Origin: Marsupella aquatica
Taxonomy: Eukaryota; Plantae; Marchantiophyta
NCBI GenBank assembly: GCA_973895155.1
Contig: OZ316894.1
Span: forward strand, 23,930,709-23,994,708
Direction of reading: 5' to 3'
Length of the DNA stretch: 64,000 nucleotides
The stretch's first letter is position 1, and each line of letters begins with the position of its first letter. The position numbers were made by a program, and so were the translations under genes. Below are positions 60,650 to 64,000 of this stretch, in pieces. The notes under the pieces were generated by a model. The model had not been told where the DNA came from. It searched no databases and worked only from the letters and a program-made list of their open reading frames with translations.

Positions 60650-61080
60650 GAGGGTGATAGTACATAACTTTTTGTGTCTCTAATCAAATTTAGAGGTTTG
60701 AGACCCCCCGTAATGGATTGGTCGAAGCCCAAAAGAGGTCTATGACCAGTCTTTCATGGCAAAAAGTTATGTCTCATGAAGGTGATAGTACATAACTTTT
60801 GCTGTGTCTAATCAAATTGAGAGGTTTGAGGCCCCCTACTGGATTAGTCTAAGACCGAAGGGTAAGCATATGTTCAGGATTAATGTGCTACTTATCCACC
60901 ATCACAATACCAGGTGCCATGAAGGCCATCTTATAAATAAGCTAGAGTGGATCTAGGCTTTTAGAGTGAAGACTAGAATGACCATGCTACTTACCTTCCA
61001 TCACACTACCAGGAGTCATGAAGGTCATCTTGCAATCACAAGCTAGAGTTGGGGTCTATGCTCCTAGAGTGAAGCCCCTA
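60650..61080. repeat. Two adjacent diverged tandem duplications (periods ~129 bp and ~100 bp)
   Basis: ggtgatagtacataactttt...ctaatcaaatt.agaggtttgag.cccc at ~60653 and ~60781; tgctactta...ccatcaca.taccagg..catgaagg.catctt at ~60886 and ~60985. Confidence 0.75.
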
Positions 61081-61814
61081 GGGCCCCACCAAAAGGATGG
61101 GTAGAACCAATGATGTTATGTATGTCCAAATGATGTAGGGTCACTCCAAAATGTGTGTGGTTGAAAAATATTATGGATTTTATATATGTCAAAATGATAA
61201 TCATGTTAGATAATTTTTAGCATCATTTCTATAATATTCAAAGAATATGCAATTTACTAGTAAATCACAAACCTACTTTGAAGCCCATAGAACCTAATGT
61301 AGGGGGCAATAACCATATAAGGGTGTGGGGGTGGAGCTGTGCGCCACATTTGAAAGTAGGGTCCCTGAGTCAGTTGAGTACGGGCCACATGTGACGAGAA
61401 CCGATGTATTAGGGAGGCCGCCTATGAAGAGGTCAGCTGGCGGGTTTGAGGGCGATGGTGGAAGGGTCAGCGCTTTTGTCAGCTGCTGTCATCAATGGTC
61501 GACAATTTTTTATTCTCACCTCTATCTGTGTTAAAAGAACGAGTTGTTTGACTAGTCTCACTAATAACTTGTGATCAGAAGCTATAGTTAGGGTCTAGGC
61601 TTCTGGAATGAAGCCTTCTAGAGAGTGACTCTAGGGCTGAACCAAAAGGTTATGTGAGAGGAAGAAAGTATATTATGTATGTCAAAAAGAACTAATCTTA
61701 TTATAAAAATGCTAACTGAAGCCTACTTTTAAATGCCTAGGTCTAGAGTGAAGCCTATACCTCCTACTCCCAATAGAGACAAAACTGATAATGAGGTTCA
61801 ATAAGGTTAAACTG

Positions 61815-61970
61815 TTAGATGAGGATGGACAAAAATGACATTGACTCTAAATAAAGATAAAAATTAAATGAGACATTGACTCTAATTGACTCTAAATAAA
61901 GATAAAAATTAAATGAAACATTGACTCTAAATAAAGATAAAATGAGGATGGACAAAAAAACAAGGATGAC
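61815..61970. repeat. Short tandem repeats (acattgactctaaataaagataaaa)
   Basis: Three copies of ttgactctaaataaagataaaa plus a repeated atgaggatggacaaaaa. Confidence 0.85.
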
Positions 61971-62065
61971 ACAAAGAATGACCAAATATAGACAATATTT
62001 GTCTTCATATCTAGTTATTTTCAAGGAACGGGTCATGGGGCTAGGACACAAATATTACTCAATTT

Positions 62066-62387
62066 GGGCCAGGTTCCATGGGCCAGGGGTAGGGAGTATG
62101 GTCACTCCCTCTCACATCCCCTGGGACCCAAATACATCGTATGCCAAGGTGGATACAGTATTTTAAATGTATGAATTTTGACTGAGGAGCCAATGAGAAT
62201 ACCCCATACTGTTTTTATAGAGGGGCAAGGGGGTACCCCTGAAGTTTAACAGGACTGTGAGGGAAAACCTTACTCCTTGATACAGTATTCGTACACCCTT
62301 CAGTCCCTGGAAAAGCTACAATCTTATTTGTTTAAAAATTCTGACAGCATCCCTACTCCTTACTCCCAGCCCCATGGAACCTAGCTC
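62066..62387. mobile_element. Tourist-like MITE (~320 bp)
   Basis: TIRs GGGCCAGGTTCCATGGG ... CCCATGGAACCTAGCTC (15/17 match), flanked by TTT/TTA. It lies between two ~45-bp direct repeats (ttattttca.gga..ggtcatggggct.g.acacaaatatta). Confidence 0.7.
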
Positions 62388-62741
62388 TTAGTTTCTATAA
62401 ACATTATTTTCAGGGAGTTGGTCATGGGGCTGGCACACAAATATTATTGTAGTAGTTTCTATAAACATTGAAAGGGTGGGCATGTAGGCTCGCTCGTGGC
62501 CGGCGACTGTTGCTACGAAACCTCTGAATCTCGTCCCTGGAATGGGAATTCTCGTAGTCGGTTATCCACTTTGGAGATCACAACTCCGTCGCTGTTTCCG
62601 CGGAGTATAGTGGTTCTGTCTATGGACGACACTTTGTTGAGGTAGACCTAAAATCTCGGAGTTCCTCAATGTAGTTATGAGGTCGTGCTCGAGAGTACCG
62701 TAGGGCCTCAAACCGCTTGAAGGATTGATTGCTCCACCACG

Positions 62742-63410
62742 ATGAGCGGTGCATTGCCCCCCTCTCCCTCTCGAGGCTCTCGAGGTGTGATCCTGGAGCA
62801 GCTCCAATCAGATGCGCCCCAGTCGCCTCTAGTGGGGCATCTTCGGAGTCGCCTGAGCCTCACTGACGACGCAGCGGCAGTATCGCCATCGTCATCGCCG
62901 TCTTCGATGACAGCCCGCTCACCGATCAATTCGGGTTCTGAACTGCTTAAGTTGCCCGCTGCTGCCGCATCTCAGGTCGATAATGGTGCGGAGAAACAAC
63001 CTGTGAAGTCTCGGGGGTCAGGAGCACCAGTGGAGGAAGGGACGAGAGTCAAGACGCATTCTCATAGGCCCATTTCGGCCGATTTCTTGAACACCAGCGC
63101 CTCGGCAGTGGGAGCAGCGCAAAGTCGAGATTCGGCTGGCAGTGGCGGCCACTCAGGGACTGAAGCAATGAGGGAGAGTGTCAGTTTGGGTGCTAGTAGT
63201 AGTGGGAGGCCGGAGAGCTACGTCTTGGTGCACAATGTCGCCAAAAGACACAATTTGGGAACTCTCGCTCGCAGTGCCACCGCTTTTGGTGTCACCGAGC
63301 TTATTCTGGTCGGCAGAAAGGACTTCAACGCATTCGGGAGCCACGGAGCGTCGCTGCACATACAGTTCCGGCATTTCCACACGCTCCCCGAGGCCGCGCT
63401 TTACCTTAAG
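62742..63410 (+). CDS. SpoU/TrmH-family tRNA/rRNA methyltransferase, first exon (gene continues beyond window)
   Basis: SYVLVHNVAKRHNLGTLARSATAFGVTELILVGRKDFNAFGSHG is the SPOUT motif-1 region. Donor AAG|GTGAGT at 63411. Long Ser-rich N-terminal extension, so the start is uncertain. Confidence 0.85.
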
Positions 63411-63698
63411 GTGAGTTGACATTGTACATATCCCCCCTCTCAAGCACTTTGAGCTTGTGGATTTGAGAAATGGATAAAGCGTCAAGTGTTGTTGTTGAAT
63501 CGGGAGGGATTACATCATATTTACTTTCATCCTGTGTCGTGTGAGATTCTCGGTTCTTTATGCTTTTTGTCCTGTGTAGCTGTCTTGTTGTTGTAGTTCT
63601 GAGTCCAATGTGCACCCTTTGTTCATTATACGGGGTCAGTGTTTGTTTTTGCCCTATGCTGGTTGACAAGGCTCCCCTCCATTTCCACCGCTTCTAGT

Positions 63699-63811
63699 TG
63701 CGAAGGCCTAAAGCTTTGATCCCTTGGACAAGCCGACTGGTCTGGGGAGAGGACTTTGTGTCAGCCGATTGGTGTGTCAAATCGTTGGGATCAAAGCTTT
63801 AGGCCTTCGCA
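63699..63811. repeat. Perfect 25-bp inverted repeat (hairpin) in the SpoU intron
   Basis: tgcgaaggcctaaagctttgatccc (63699-63723) pairs with gggatcaaagctttaggccttcgca (63787-63811); 63-nt loop. Confidence 0.9.
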
Positions 63812-64000
63812 TCACAAAGTCTTGACAGCCGATTGATGTGTCAAATCGTTTTTCTCTATGGGACATATGATCTCCTTTGCCTGTTGATACTCAAGCCCTA
63901 GCAAGACCGTATGTTTCTGTTTATGTTACAGGGGGTGTAGTTTGTTCTGGGCCATACCGCTAAACAATACTTCCCTCCTTTCGAACGGCACTGGTTGCGT

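Overview
Eukaryotic land-plant genomic DNA with GT-AG spliceosomal introns. The overall style suggests a non-seed plant such as a liverwort, but that is inference only. Genes: a partial unidentified gene at the left edge (-), an intronless PQ-loop/YPQ1-like vacuolar amino-acid transporter (-), a 5-exon bacterial-type isoaspartyl dipeptidase (IadA) with a hydrophobic N-terminal extension (-), a GT8 galacturonosyltransferase (GAUT, -), an intronless bifunctional FMN phosphatase/riboflavin kinase (-), cytosolic Asn-tRNA synthetase (-), LEUNIG-like corepressor (+), and the first exon of a SpoU/TrmH methyltransferase (+). A ~20 kb transposon island separates the divergent AsnRS and LEUNIG genes. 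It holds a near-intact L1-type LINE with a 17-bp TSD, a TIR/TSD-bounded decayed PIF/Harbinger element, a probable LTR-derived insertion and a second decayed Harbinger. Several MITEs and tandem repeats are scattered in intergenic DNA. The most notable observations are the intron-containing, apparently secretory-pathway IadA next to a cationic amino-acid exporter, and a ~700-bp segment duplicated upstream of two unrelated neighbouring genes that looks like a shared promoter/5'UTR exon. Exon coordinates were read by eye and no database searches were run.
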